64,000 nt of DNA from Myxococcota bacterium (lineage in GTDB: Bacteria; Myxococcota_A; SURF-8): the NCBI GenBank assembly GCA_965140415.1, contig OZ223209.1:3424001-3488000 (forward strand), read 5' to 3'. The notes below the pieces were generated by a model that was not told the DNA's origin, did not search any database, and saw nothing but the letters and a program-made list of their open reading frames with translations. Below, piece by piece: positions 55,331 to 64,000 of the stretch (position 1 is the first letter of the stretch; each line of letters starts with the position of its first letter). Position numbers and translations under genes: made by a program.

Positions 55331-58300
55331 TTAAAGCTCCATTCGTTTCTTTCGAATGCAGAAAGAAGCAAGAAGCAGCAGTACAAACGTTAGACCGAAG
55401 GAAGGCAGAGACGCATCCTGGCAGCCGCCGCCTCCACCATCACGTTCCGTTTCGGATAAGATCTCGTCATCTCCATCCACACTCGCAGATGGTTCCTTGT
55501 CACTCTCCTGTTCGTCAACTTCCTCTTCCGGTTCCGCCTCTTCATCCAAGTCGCCATCTTCCACCATGGCGGCACGAACGTCGATCGGTTCTCCTATTGC
55601 GGTAATCGTTCTGCGATCCGAACCGCTCAATCCTTGGCAATCGACCGTCAATTCAACGACATACTCACCTGGAATTTCGGGACGCAAGGAGACCGAATCT
55701 GCAACGGGAATTTCGCTTGTTAACAAATCAAGATCGGACATTTCCGGCTGTTGCAGCAAGCGCCACTGCGTACTGCATTCTGGGGAGGCATCATGAAGCA
55801 TCATACGGTTGTATAGAGTTACAGTATCGTACACAGTCAGTACATCGGGCAGATCGGCACGAAACGCCGGATGTTGTTTATCCGCCTCGTCTTCCGTTGC
55901 CATCGCAATTCGCACCGCTGCCCAATCCCGTAAGCCGGCATTCGATTCCGTAACGCGAAAGCGGCTATCCACCTCTGTGTCGATAGCAAGAAAGCCATTC
56001 GATTCGAGTTGGTAAAATGCACCAATCACTTCTTTCATCTCCGGCAATTTCAACCCGAAGCGGCTTTGCGGGTCGGAGGAAAACGACGAAGGCATGCGCT
56101 CGCCCACATATCCCTGTTCCGCGTGTTTTTCCAACCAGAACGAAACAGGACCATCGCTGCCATCGATCCAATTGCCAACCGCCGGTCCCAATGCACTTGT
56201 TTCAATTCCAAACAAAACCACAGGAAGCGAATCATCCTTCGCCATCTTCACGGCGATCATGTCCGCTTGGATGTTCAATTCATTTAACGTATAGGATTCT
56301 TCCGCATCACCAAGCGCGAGAGTCCATTCTGCTTGCACATTGCCAAAAGCCACCCCACTTGGACGCTCTCCGTTTTGCAGCACATGAAAATCCGTGCTTT
56401 CCGGAATCCCGGCATCCACACTCAGGATTTTCATTACTGCCAGAAAACGCCCGCGTTTTCCTGCGGCCACCTGAATTTTCGCATCCAGCACGGTATGCGT
56501 TTCTTCTTTCCAACTAAATACATCCAGCGAGTCGTGGGTGGCATCGCGGGCTTCCAATGTCAGATCGGAATCGGAAACGATCATCGCCTGCAAAGCCGCA
56601 CGTTCTCGAATCCACAGACCACCATTGGCCTGCAATTCAAAAGAACCGGTCGTCAAGCTCCCACCGCCATGTCCGTGCAATTGGAAGGTCAGTTCATGCG
56701 CCTTGTCATCCAGCGGAGTGATTTCATCGTAAACCGCGACTGCCGTATCATCCAGTATGAGAATGCGGCGACGAATTTCCACGGAAGGAGCGATTTGATG
56801 ATACTCCGTCCAGACTTCGACGAAGCCCAGTTGCCCCAGGTTCTCCTCGCGTATTTTTCTGCGCACGAGCCAGGCTTCGCCATCCTGCGAGGCAGACCAG
56901 CCACCTTCCACTTCGGGAGTGGTGATGATCATCTGCCCTTCGTCATCGAAAGTAAACGCCGGAAGTGCCACCTTGCTGTTAGCCGGACCTTTACCATCAA
57001 CCAGAATGATATTATGATTTTCCGGGTTGTTCACTTTTTCATGATTCGGCCATCCTAAATAACCGGCGTCGATTGTCAACGGCTCACCATTGGCGAACAA
57101 AATGAACGATCCCGGATCGGCATGTTCGTGCCCAGCCCCACCATCGACCTGATCGCCCCAGCGCGTACGAATCCTGCCCGAAGCAATGCCATGCTCCACG
57201 CCAACATGCAGATACACCGCATCCTCTTCCCAACTCGACCGGAAGACCGCACTGCCCGCCACCGGCAGCATCTGATCCAAAGAAATCTCGTAGGAGGGCG
57301 GCTCTGCCGGGATTGAATCATCGAAGGCAGCAATCATCTCGCAGGAATTGAGCAACCCACCCAGTTGTGCGCCGCCTTTCTGGTGTTCCCAGATCCAGCG
57401 ATACAAGCCGGCGTTTTCGAATTCGTCGTTGATGAAGAATCCAAAGGCCAAGCGTGCTCCCGGCGTACAGTCATCCACGGCGGGATGCGTGAAATCCGGC
57501 TGAATGATTTTCCACATCCAGTCCAGATGCGTTCTAAACAGCGGATTCGAGTAAAAATCCTGAATCACATAATCTTCCTGCTGATCGAAACGATAGTAGG
57601 GAGGTGCATCTTGAGGGCGTGGCGAAACCGTCCAAGTCGCTGCACCGGTATATTGATTCCAGGCACGGAGAAACGGATAGACGTTGACACCGGAGTAAAC
57701 CAGGTAGCTACCCGATTCCTGGTAGCCGCCTTCGCCGTCCATCTGTGTATCCATATAGGAAAAATCGACGTTGCGCATTCCGAATTCCGCCCAGTTTTGG
57801 ATGTCGTAGCGCCCGTCATCGATGATTTTCGAGAAATCATGCCCGTTTAGTGCAATGGCCGCACTTCCGATAGCCGAAGCGGATTTACTGCGATGATTGT
57901 TGACGTATGCACGGCAGGCGAACCAGTTGCTGATTTCAAAATCGGCGTAAAAGTCGGCAGTCAGATCGGCCAGCAGTTGCACTACGTCGGCTTCCTTACC
58001 ATTGAAATCATAGTCCCCACCTTTTAGCAGGTCGTAGGCTTGGACATACATCATCAATTCCTCGGCGGTGTGAATGTCGTCGTTGGGCTGCACGCCTTTG
58101 GCTCGTGATAAGGGATAAAGATTCAGCAGGTAGGTCAAGGCCTGATCCGCCAAGGCATTGCGCGTATCGGCATCGAGCGCCACCACGTTTTCGGATGCGT
58201 CCAACGTCAAACCGATAGCATATAGAAATGCCCTGGCTTTCGCAGCTTTGGCTTTATTCGCCTCGTTGCCTTTTTCGTGGTTATCCAGTTCGTAATCCCG

Positions 58301-58543
58301 GCTGCTGTAGCGAACAATGTCCTTCATCATCGGCAGGTAAGCCGCACGCTTGACGCGTTCGATCACGGTCTGCACTTGTGACGGCAAAAACACCAAGCGC
58401 GGATGTGGTCCAGCTTCCGTCATCTCACCCGCCAGCCAGGTTTCCGCATACACCACAGAGGGCAGCGTAAGGCAGCACATAGCAGTAACCAGCACGATCC
58501 ATCTCAGCATATTTTTCCTACAGCAAGCCTGTATTTTTTTCAT
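55331..58543 (-). CDS. Secreted heparinase II/III-like lyase with C-terminal Cys-type sorting signal
   Basis: Signal peptide (VYA), HPRL, NNH, ESGSY, GSAVFRSSW, HEHADPGSF, IDAGY, HNIILVDG; acidic linker, then GGGGGC, a TM segment and RKKR. Confidence 0.8.
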   Translation of the reverse strand: MKKIQACCRKNMLRWIVLVTAMCCLTLPSVVYAETWLAGEMTEAGPHPRLVFLPSQVQTVIERVKRAAYLPMMKDIVRYSSRDYELDNHEKGNEANKAKAAKARAFLYAIGLTLDASENVVALDADTRNALADQALTYLLNLYPLSRAKGVQPNDDIHTAEELMMYVQAYDLLKGGDYDFNGKEADVVQLLADLTADFYADFEISNWFACRAYVNNHRSKSASAIGSAAIALNGHDFSKIIDDGRYDIQNWAEFGMRNVDFSYMDTQMDGEGGYQESGSYLVYSGVNVYPFLRAWNQYTGAATWTVSPRPQDAPPYYRFDQQEDYVIQDFYSNPLFRTHLDWMWKIIQPDFTHPAVDDCTPGARLAFGFFINDEFENAGLYRWIWEHQKGGAQLGGLLNSCEMIAAFDDSIPAEPPSYEISLDQMLPVAGSAVFRSSWEEDAVYLHVGVEHGIASGRIRTRWGDQVDGGAGHEHADPGSFILFANGEPLTIDAGYLGWPNHEKVNNPENHNIILVDGKGPANSKVALPAFTFDDEGQMIITTPEVEGGWSASQDGEAWLVRRKIREENLGQLGFVEVWTEYHQIAPSVEIRRRILILDDTAVAVYDEITPLDDKAHELTFQLHGHGGGSLTTGSFELQANGGLWIRERAALQAMIVSDSDLTLEARDATHDSLDVFSWKEETHTVLDAKIQVAAGKRGRFLAVMKILSVDAGIPESTDFHVLQNGERPSGVAFGNVQAEWTLALGDAEESYTLNELNIQADMIAVKMAKDDSLPVVLFGIETSALGPAVGNWIDGSDGPVSFWLEKHAEQGYVGERMPSSFSSDPQSRFGLKLPEMKEVIGAFYQLESNGFLAIDTEVDSRFRVTESNAGLRDWAAVRIAMATEDEADKQHPAFRADLPDVLTVYDTVTLYNRMMLHDASPECSTQWRLLQQPEMSDLDLLTSEIPVADSVSLRPEIPGEYVVELTVDCQGLSGSDRRTITAIGEPIDVRAAMVEDGDLDEEAEPEEEVDEQESDKEPSASVDGDDEILSETERDGGGGGCQDASLPSFGLTFVLLLLASFCIRKKRMEL

Positions 58544-58770
58544 GGAATTCTCTCCATTTTTATTGAACCGTTACCTGGCTGGTAAAAAATGAACCTGGCT
58601 CACGGTTCTTACTGGCATTTCATTGAGTTGTAGGCTATCACCTTCGGAAGATGTGTTGCGCATCACAATTTCACATCCATTTTCCGACAGGGACGACCCA
58701 CTCGGAAAGGAGTCTATAAGACACTGACAGCAAAGTAAACAATTCTCAACGTTGTACATAGACGAAACCA

Positions 58771-60060
58771 ATGAGCGACAGCCCTAGAACAACATACCGC
58801 CATCCATTCCAGCGCATTTCTAAAGCGCTAAGGGATTATGGAGCCCGGTTGAAGCTGTTTAACCGCAATGTCCGGTTATTTCTGTTTGGGGCTTTGCTGG
58901 CGAATCTGGGGATGACGTTCTGGATGCTGCTTTTCAACTTGTACTTACAGGAAGTCGGGTTTTCCAAAGCCTTGATCGGAGATATTTTATCCATCGGAAA
59001 TCTATCAGTAGCCGCCATGGCGCTTCCAGCCGGTTATTTGGCAGGACGCATCAAGCTGAAAATTCAACTGGTATTGATGAGTTTTCTAAGCAGCGTGGGT
59101 TTCATGTTGGCGATTTTAATGGAAAAACCTTCGTTCTTGATCTTCTTTATCGTCATTGCGTTCGGATTATCCGCCTTCGTGCGCGTGCTATCCGGTCCAT
59201 TCATCATGCGCAACTCAACGGAAAAAGAGCGCACCTACATTTTCAGTACGCTTTTCATTATCTTCCTGGCAGGAGGTGTACTGGGAAACGCATTGGGAGG
59301 CTGGACTAAAGAAGCGATGCTCTCCGGCGGCTTATCTGCCATTTTGGCCTATCGCTATACGATCCTGATCGGCATCGGCGCTTCTTTTTTAGGACTGATT
59401 CCCTTTCTGATGATCGACGAAGAGGAAGAACCAAAGGATAAAAGCCGCCTATTAAAACTGTCCGGCATTCGCAATTGGAACTGGCCGCTTTTCGGCAAAG
59501 CCTTTTTGCCGCAGGCCATGCTCGGAATCGGTTCCGGCTTGATCGTTCAATTCATGAATCTATATTTCAAGGACATCTTTCATTCCAACGACCACGACAT
59601 CGGCCTGTATATGTCCGCTCAAGCCACCACCATGGTATTGGGCATCCTGGTTGCGCCAGCACTTGCAGAACGTTTCGGCAAGGTAAAAACGATCGTCTTT
59701 TCACAGCTTTTCAGCTTGCCTTTCATGCTGATCCTGGCATTTTCCATTTCTTTACCGCTGGCCTTGGCGGCATTCGTACTTCGCGCGGCATTGATGAACA
59801 TGTCCATGCCGGTCGGCAATACGCTGGTAATGGAATTATGCCGTAAAGAAGAGCAAGGGCTTTTGCAAGCGTTGATGGCGATGGTCTGGTCGAGTTGCTG
59901 GGCAATTTCCTCTTTCTTGTATGGTCAGGTGCTCAATGCAAACTATACCGCCTGTTTCCTGATCGCCGCCGCCTTGTATACGCTTTCCAGCCTGACTTAC
60001 TATTTCTTCTTCCGCAATGCAGAGAAACTGCCAACATCCACAAAACCGGCAGCAAACTGA
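58771..60060 (+). CDS. MFS transporter
   Basis: 12 hydrophobic segments; motif-A-like GYLAGRIKLK and LAERFGK; E.ERT..FS. Confidence 0.88.
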   Translation: MSDSPRTTYRHPFQRISKALRDYGARLKLFNRNVRLFLFGALLANLGMTFWMLLFNLYLQEVGFSKALIGDILSIGNLSVAAMALPAGYLAGRIKLKIQLVLMSFLSSVGFMLAILMEKPSFLIFFIVIAFGLSAFVRVLSGPFIMRNSTEKERTYIFSTLFIIFLAGGVLGNALGGWTKEAMLSGGLSAILAYRYTILIGIGASFLGLIPFLMIDEEEEPKDKSRLLKLSGIRNWNWPLFGKAFLPQAMLGIGSGLIVQFMNLYFKDIFHSNDHDIGLYMSAQATTMVLGILVAPALAERFGKVKTIVFSQLFSLPFMLILAFSISLPLALAAFVLRAALMNMSMPVGNTLVMELCRKEEQGLLQALMAMVWSSCWAISSFLYGQVLNANYTACFLIAAALYTLSSLTYYFFFRNAEKLPTSTKPAAN

Positions 60061-60130
60061 AAATGGACTAAATATTTCAGTCATTATTTGGACTCGAAAG
60101 GTCACCCCTGCTTTAAGCCCCTCTTTTCTT

Positions 60131-60204
60131 TTGATCTTTGGCAGCTCTGCGTCTACAATCCCTGCAAATAGTGTAGCGTGATGCGTTACGCTGTATCGTG
60201 ATGC
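60131..60204 (+). promoter_or_regulatory. rha operon promoter with downstream 13-bp direct repeat
   Basis: TTGATC (60131)-N17-TACAAT (60154); TGTAGCGTGATGC (60172) and TGTATCGTGATGC (60192). Confidence 0.6.
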
Positions 60205-60234
60205 ACTGCAACCAGTAACAGTGGGGAGGTATCG

Positions 60235-61056
60235 TTGTTTGATCTCTTAGCCGAACAACCACAATTAAAAGCTACGCTCGACAACATGACTGAAGTCGCC
60301 GGATTTTTATGGGAACGAGGCTGGGCTGAAGCAAACGGAGGAAATCTTTCCGCCGATATCAGCCAGGTTTTGTCGATTTCGCTTGCTCCGCCGGAAGGAA
60401 GTGAAACCGTTCCTCTAATCGAGCCTCTTACCGAGTTGGCCGGACACAGTTTCCTGGTCACCGGTTCGGGCTATCGTTTTCGCGACTTCGCACGTCACCC
60501 GGAACGAAACGCCTGCATTCTGCGCTTGAATGAAGACGGTTCCAGCTATTTGAAGCTCTGGGGCGGCGAAGGATCACCCTCGTTCCGCCCGACCTCGGAA
60601 TTGCCCTCACATTTAGGCATTCATCGTTTTCTTCAAAAGCAGGGCCAGCAAAACACCCTTGTGCTGCATACTCATCCAACTGAATTAATTGCCTTAACTC
60701 ACTTCCCCGAATATCGGGATGAAACGACGCTGAATCGCGCATTGTGGGGTATGTTACCGGAAGTTAAGGTTTTGTTACCTCGCGGAGCGGGACTGGCTCC
60801 TTATGCCCTACCCGGCTCGCAAGCACTGGCAAAAGCAACGGTCGACACGCTAAAACGCGGATATCCGGTTGTATTGTGGGAAATGCATGGCTGCCTGGCA
60901 ACCGGATCAGACGTGCACCAGGCCTTCGATTTGATCGACACGTTGAATAAAGCAGCCCGGATCCTGTTGTATTGCAGACAATCCGGTATAACGCCAATCG
61001 GCTTGCAAAAAGCGCAGCTAGATGAACTCGTGGAAGCCTTTAATCTCAAGGAGTAA
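60235..61056 (+). CDS. rhaD: Rhamnulose-1-phosphate aldolase
   Basis: LWERGWAEANGGNLS, VTGSG..FR, PTSELPSH, HTHPTELIAL, W..HG; TTG start after GGGAGG. Confidence 0.92.
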   Translation: MFDLLAEQPQLKATLDNMTEVAGFLWERGWAEANGGNLSADISQVLSISLAPPEGSETVPLIEPLTELAGHSFLVTGSGYRFRDFARHPERNACILRLNEDGSSYLKLWGGEGSPSFRPTSELPSHLGIHRFLQKQGQQNTLVLHTHPTELIALTHFPEYRDETTLNRALWGMLPEVKVLLPRGAGLAPYALPGSQALAKATVDTLKRGYPVVLWEMHGCLATGSDVHQAFDLIDTLNKAARILLYCRQSGITPIGLQKAQLDELVEAFNLKE

Positions 61057-61059
61057 GCG

Positions 61060-62532
61060 ATGACCTCCTCGCGGCATCTGGCTTTCGATCTGGGAGCAGG
61101 CAGCGGTCGAGCGATTCTCGGCGAGTTAAACGAGGATCGCTTATCCATTCGCGAACTTCATCGATTTTCCAATCGCATGCTTCCAATCGGGAAAAATCTG
61201 CACTGGAATTTACTGGGCATTTACGGTCATCTACTGGATGTGTTACGTCAACTTGGAGCCGACGACACCCCGCCCGACAGCATTGGGATCGATACCTGGG
61301 GCGTCGATTTCGGCCTTTTAACCGCAAACGACCAGTTGCTTGGCTTGCCGCATGCCTATCGAGACCCCCACACCAATGGTGCGATGGAGTACCTCTTTGA
61401 GCGCATTGCTCCCGAACGGATCTACGAGTTGACCGGCATTCAACTGATTCCCATCAATACGCTCTTTCAATTGGCGTCGATGGTGCGCGACGGCTCCCCA
61501 CTATTGGATATTGCGACAGATCTACTGTTTATTCCGGATCTGCTGCATTTCCTGCTAAGCGGTAAGAAGCGAAGCGAATTCACTTTCGCCACGACATCGC
61601 AGCTATACAATCCCAAAACGGGAATTTGGGAAGAAGAACTGTTCGACGCACTGGGAATATCTTCCTCTTTGATGCTGCCGATTTTGAAACCCGGCCAAGC
61701 AATCGGGGCGCTTCAAGCGAGTATCTGCAAAGAGACCGGCCTACCCTCCATTCCGATTCTGGCCTGCGCCACACATGATACAGGATCAGCCATCGCCGCT
61801 ATTCCGGCACAGGGTGAAAGCTGGGCGTATATCAGTTCCGGCACATGGTCGTTGATCGGAATCGAAACGGAAGCTCCGATTTTCAGTGAAGCCGCCAGAC
61901 TGGGAAATTTCACCAACGAAGGCGGCGTCTGTGGCACCAATCGTTTTTTGAAGAATGTCACCGGCTTATGGCTGTTGCAGGAATGCATCCGGCATTGGTC
62001 GCCGAATCAATCGATTTCCTATGCGGAATTGCTACAGCAAAGCAAGCAGCAGCGGGCCTTCGCCGCATTGATCGATCCGGATGATCCCAAGTTCGCGCTC
62101 CCGGAAAACATGCCTGATGCCATTTGCGAATATTGCCGGGAAAGTGGGCAGACCGTGCCTGGAAATCGCGCCACCATTTCTCGTTGTATTATGGAAAGTT
62201 TGGCGTTTAAAACCCGTTTCGTACTCGACCAGATCCAAGCAATTAGGCAGAATCCCATCGAGCGACTGCACATCATCGGTGGCGGCTCGCAAAACAAATT
62301 GCTGTGTCAATTCACCGCCAACGCCACCGGGTTGACTGTCGAAGCGGGACCGGTTGAAGCCACCGCCATGGGAAATATCCTGATGCAGGCAATGGGACAG
62401 GATCGAATTCAGACGCTGGAACGACTACGAGAGATTGTCCGACTTTCCGATACTTTCGTTACATATAAACCGAAAAACACGGAAGTCTGGGAAACGCATT
62501 ACCAACGCTTCCTTGAATTGATTGAAAAGTAA
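61060..62532 (+). CDS. rhaB: Rhamnulokinase
   Basis: DLGAGSGR, GIDTWGVDF, YRD, HDTGSA, ISSGTWSLIG, FTNEGG, LKNVTGLW, GPVEAT. Confidence 0.95.
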   Translation: MTSSRHLAFDLGAGSGRAILGELNEDRLSIRELHRFSNRMLPIGKNLHWNLLGIYGHLLDVLRQLGADDTPPDSIGIDTWGVDFGLLTANDQLLGLPHAYRDPHTNGAMEYLFERIAPERIYELTGIQLIPINTLFQLASMVRDGSPLLDIATDLLFIPDLLHFLLSGKKRSEFTFATTSQLYNPKTGIWEEELFDALGISSSLMLPILKPGQAIGALQASICKETGLPSIPILACATHDTGSAIAAIPAQGESWAYISSGTWSLIGIETEAPIFSEAARLGNFTNEGGVCGTNRFLKNVTGLWLLQECIRHWSPNQSISYAELLQQSKQQRAFAALIDPDDPKFALPENMPDAICEYCRESGQTVPGNRATISRCIMESLAFKTRFVLDQIQAIRQNPIERLHIIGGGSQNKLLCQFTANATGLTVEAGPVEATAMGNILMQAMGQDRIQTLERLREIVRLSDTFVTYKPKNTEVWETHYQRFLELIEK

Positions 62533-62553
62533 ACCTCGAAAGGTGCGAGATAG

Positions 62554-63819
62554 ATGAACGAGAATAGAATTCACGATCAGTTTTCGATAGCCAAAGAACA
62601 GTATTCCGAAATCGGCGTGGATGTCGAAAAAGCAATCACTCGTCTGCAACAAGTGGCAATCAGCCTACATTGTTGGCAAGGCGACGACGTTGGCGGTTTC
62701 GAAAACCCGGATGCCTCTCTTTCCGGTGGCGGAATAGCCGTCACGGGCAACTATCCTGGTAAAGCTCGCACCCCCGATGAACTGCGCCAGGATCTGGAGC
62801 AAACTTATAAACTTATACCTGGCAAACACCGGTTGAACCTACATGCCATATACGGCGATTTCGGTGAGAAGCGTGTCGACCGCAACGAAATCGAACCGAA
62901 ACATTTCGCCACCTGGATCGACTGGGCCAAGCATCGTGAGTTGGCTCTCGATTTCAACGCCACCCTGTTCTCCCATCCCAAGGCGGCAGACGGCTTTACG
63001 CTGAGCCATCGCGACCCGGAAATCCGTGCATTCTGGCAAGAACACGTTCAACGCTGCCGGGAGATTGGCGCCACGATGGGAAGAGAACTGAAGTCGCCCT
63101 GCCTGCACAACCTCTGGATTCCGGACGGCTCCAAGGATTTGACGGTCAGTCGCCTGGAACATCGAGAATACTTAAAACAAAGTCTGCTGGATATTTATGG
63201 TGTAGCGCACCCGAAGGAACACCTGCTGGATAGTGTTGAAAGCAAGCTTTTCGGGATCGGCTCGGAATCATACGTGGTCGGTTCCCACGATTTCTATCTG
63301 GGATGGACCTTAAAGCACGGCCAAATGCTTTGCCTGGATCTCGGTCATTACCATCCGACGGAATCAGTGGCCGACAAACTTTCCGCCTTGCTACCGTTTA
63401 TGGACAGGCTGCTATTGCATGTCAGTCGCCCGGTGCGCTGGGACAGCGACCATGTCGTTATCTTCAACGATGACCTGCGCTACCTGATGGAAGAAATCGT
63501 TCGCGCCGATGCGTTGAGTCGCGTTCACCTTGCGCTGGATTTCTTCGATGCCGAATTGAATCGCATTGGAGCCTGGGTAATCGGTGTACGCGCCACCTTG
63601 AAAGCGTTGCTTTCGGCGCTATTGGAACCCACTGAAGCACTACGAAACTTCGAGAAACAGGGAGATGCGTTTTCGCGACTGGCTCTGTTGGAAGAATACA
63701 AGTCTCTTCCACTTGGCGCGGTGTGGGATGAATATTGCATCAGACAGAACGTCGCCCCGGGATCGTCATGGATGAGCATTGTTAAAGATTACGAAACGCG
63801 TGTGCTATCGAAACGTTAA
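62554..63819 (+). CDS. rhaA: L-rhamnose isomerase
   Basis: SLHCWQGDDVGGFE, TGNYPGKAR, NLHAIY, WIPDG, ESKLFGIGSE, HVSRPVRWDSDH, DFFDA. Confidence 0.97.
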   Translation: MNENRIHDQFSIAKEQYSEIGVDVEKAITRLQQVAISLHCWQGDDVGGFENPDASLSGGGIAVTGNYPGKARTPDELRQDLEQTYKLIPGKHRLNLHAIYGDFGEKRVDRNEIEPKHFATWIDWAKHRELALDFNATLFSHPKAADGFTLSHRDPEIRAFWQEHVQRCREIGATMGRELKSPCLHNLWIPDGSKDLTVSRLEHREYLKQSLLDIYGVAHPKEHLLDSVESKLFGIGSESYVVGSHDFYLGWTLKHGQMLCLDLGHYHPTESVADKLSALLPFMDRLLLHVSRPVRWDSDHVVIFNDDLRYLMEEIVRADALSRVHLALDFFDAELNRIGAWVIGVRATLKALLSALLEPTEALRNFEKQGDAFSRLALLEEYKSLPLGAVWDEYCIRQNVAPGSSWMSIVKDYETRVLSKR

Positions 63820-63838
63820 ACAGATCTAGGGGATTGAA

Positions 63839-64000
63839 TCAGTCGAGGTGGAAGATCTCCGGCAGTTCCAGCATGCTTTCATCTGCATGCGCACCGCCCA
63901 GTGACTCGAAATACGGAGCCATGAAATCCTGCCAGCGCTGATTGATTTCCTCTTTGGCCATGCCATCCAGCGCGACTTGAAAGCTCTCCGGTGTTTCGAA
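63839..64000 (-). CDS. rhaM: L-rhamnose mutarotase, C-terminal part (truncated by window end)
   Basis: Not in the ORF track. My translation FETPESFQVALDGMAKEEINQRWQDFMAPYFESLGGAHADESMLELPEIFHLD* has the RhaM C-terminal pattern (QRW...M...L.E.FHLD) and lies next to rhaA. Confidence 0.85.
   Translation of the reverse strand, partial: FETPESFQVALDGMAKEEINQRWQDFMAPYFESLGGAHADESMLELPEIFHLD

Noticed and set aside
1-64000. CRISPR arrays, tRNA/rRNA, transposases, integrases, prophage, reverse transcriptase
   Set aside because: No regularly spaced repeats or diagnostic motifs were seen, and intergenic gaps are all under about 350 nt. A short RNA could still be missed without a covariance search.

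Overview
A 64-kb, gene-dense bacterial chromosomal segment of roughly 50% GC (estimated by eye). The gene content (tandem PilZ protein, many receiver-only regulators, DUF3786, rnfCDGEAB, acidic 'DGD' linkers, a Cys-type C-terminal sorting signal) suggests an anaerobic deltaproteobacterium (Myxococcota/Desulfobacterota-like); this is inference. In order the window holds: the 5' end of ispE; a mutagenesis operon lexA - DUF72 - degenerate Y-family polymerase - dnaE2 with no imuA and a candidate new LexA box; glnA; a YhaO/YhaN (SbcDC-like) nuclease/ATPase pair; an HPF/RaiA-like gene; a heparinase II/III-like lyase and a GH105 lipoprotein; an M28 peptidase, YdcF and a PilZ protein; a phosphorelay cluster with no DNA-binding output (four receiver domains, two intact kinases, one pseudo-kinase) around a SulP-STAS-receiver fusion carrying a CxxCH motif; a three-gene envelope-modification operon (SAM-fold membrane protein, GT-C, MBOAT); a porin, otsB, a penicillin-acylase-family lipoprotein and DUF3786; rnfCDGEAB-apbE-nfuA, GNAT, a GlpA-like oxidoreductase trio, cobB and an M3 peptidase; a second, C-terminally anchored heparinase II/III-like protein; an MFS transporter; and rhaD-rhaB-rhaA with a convergent partial rhaM. 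I saw no rRNA, tRNA, CRISPR array, transposase or phage genes. The best candidates for an undescribed system are the SulP/CxxCH/receiver phosphorelay locus and the ImuA-less DUF72 mutasome. All calls come from motif recognition by eye; no database searches were run.
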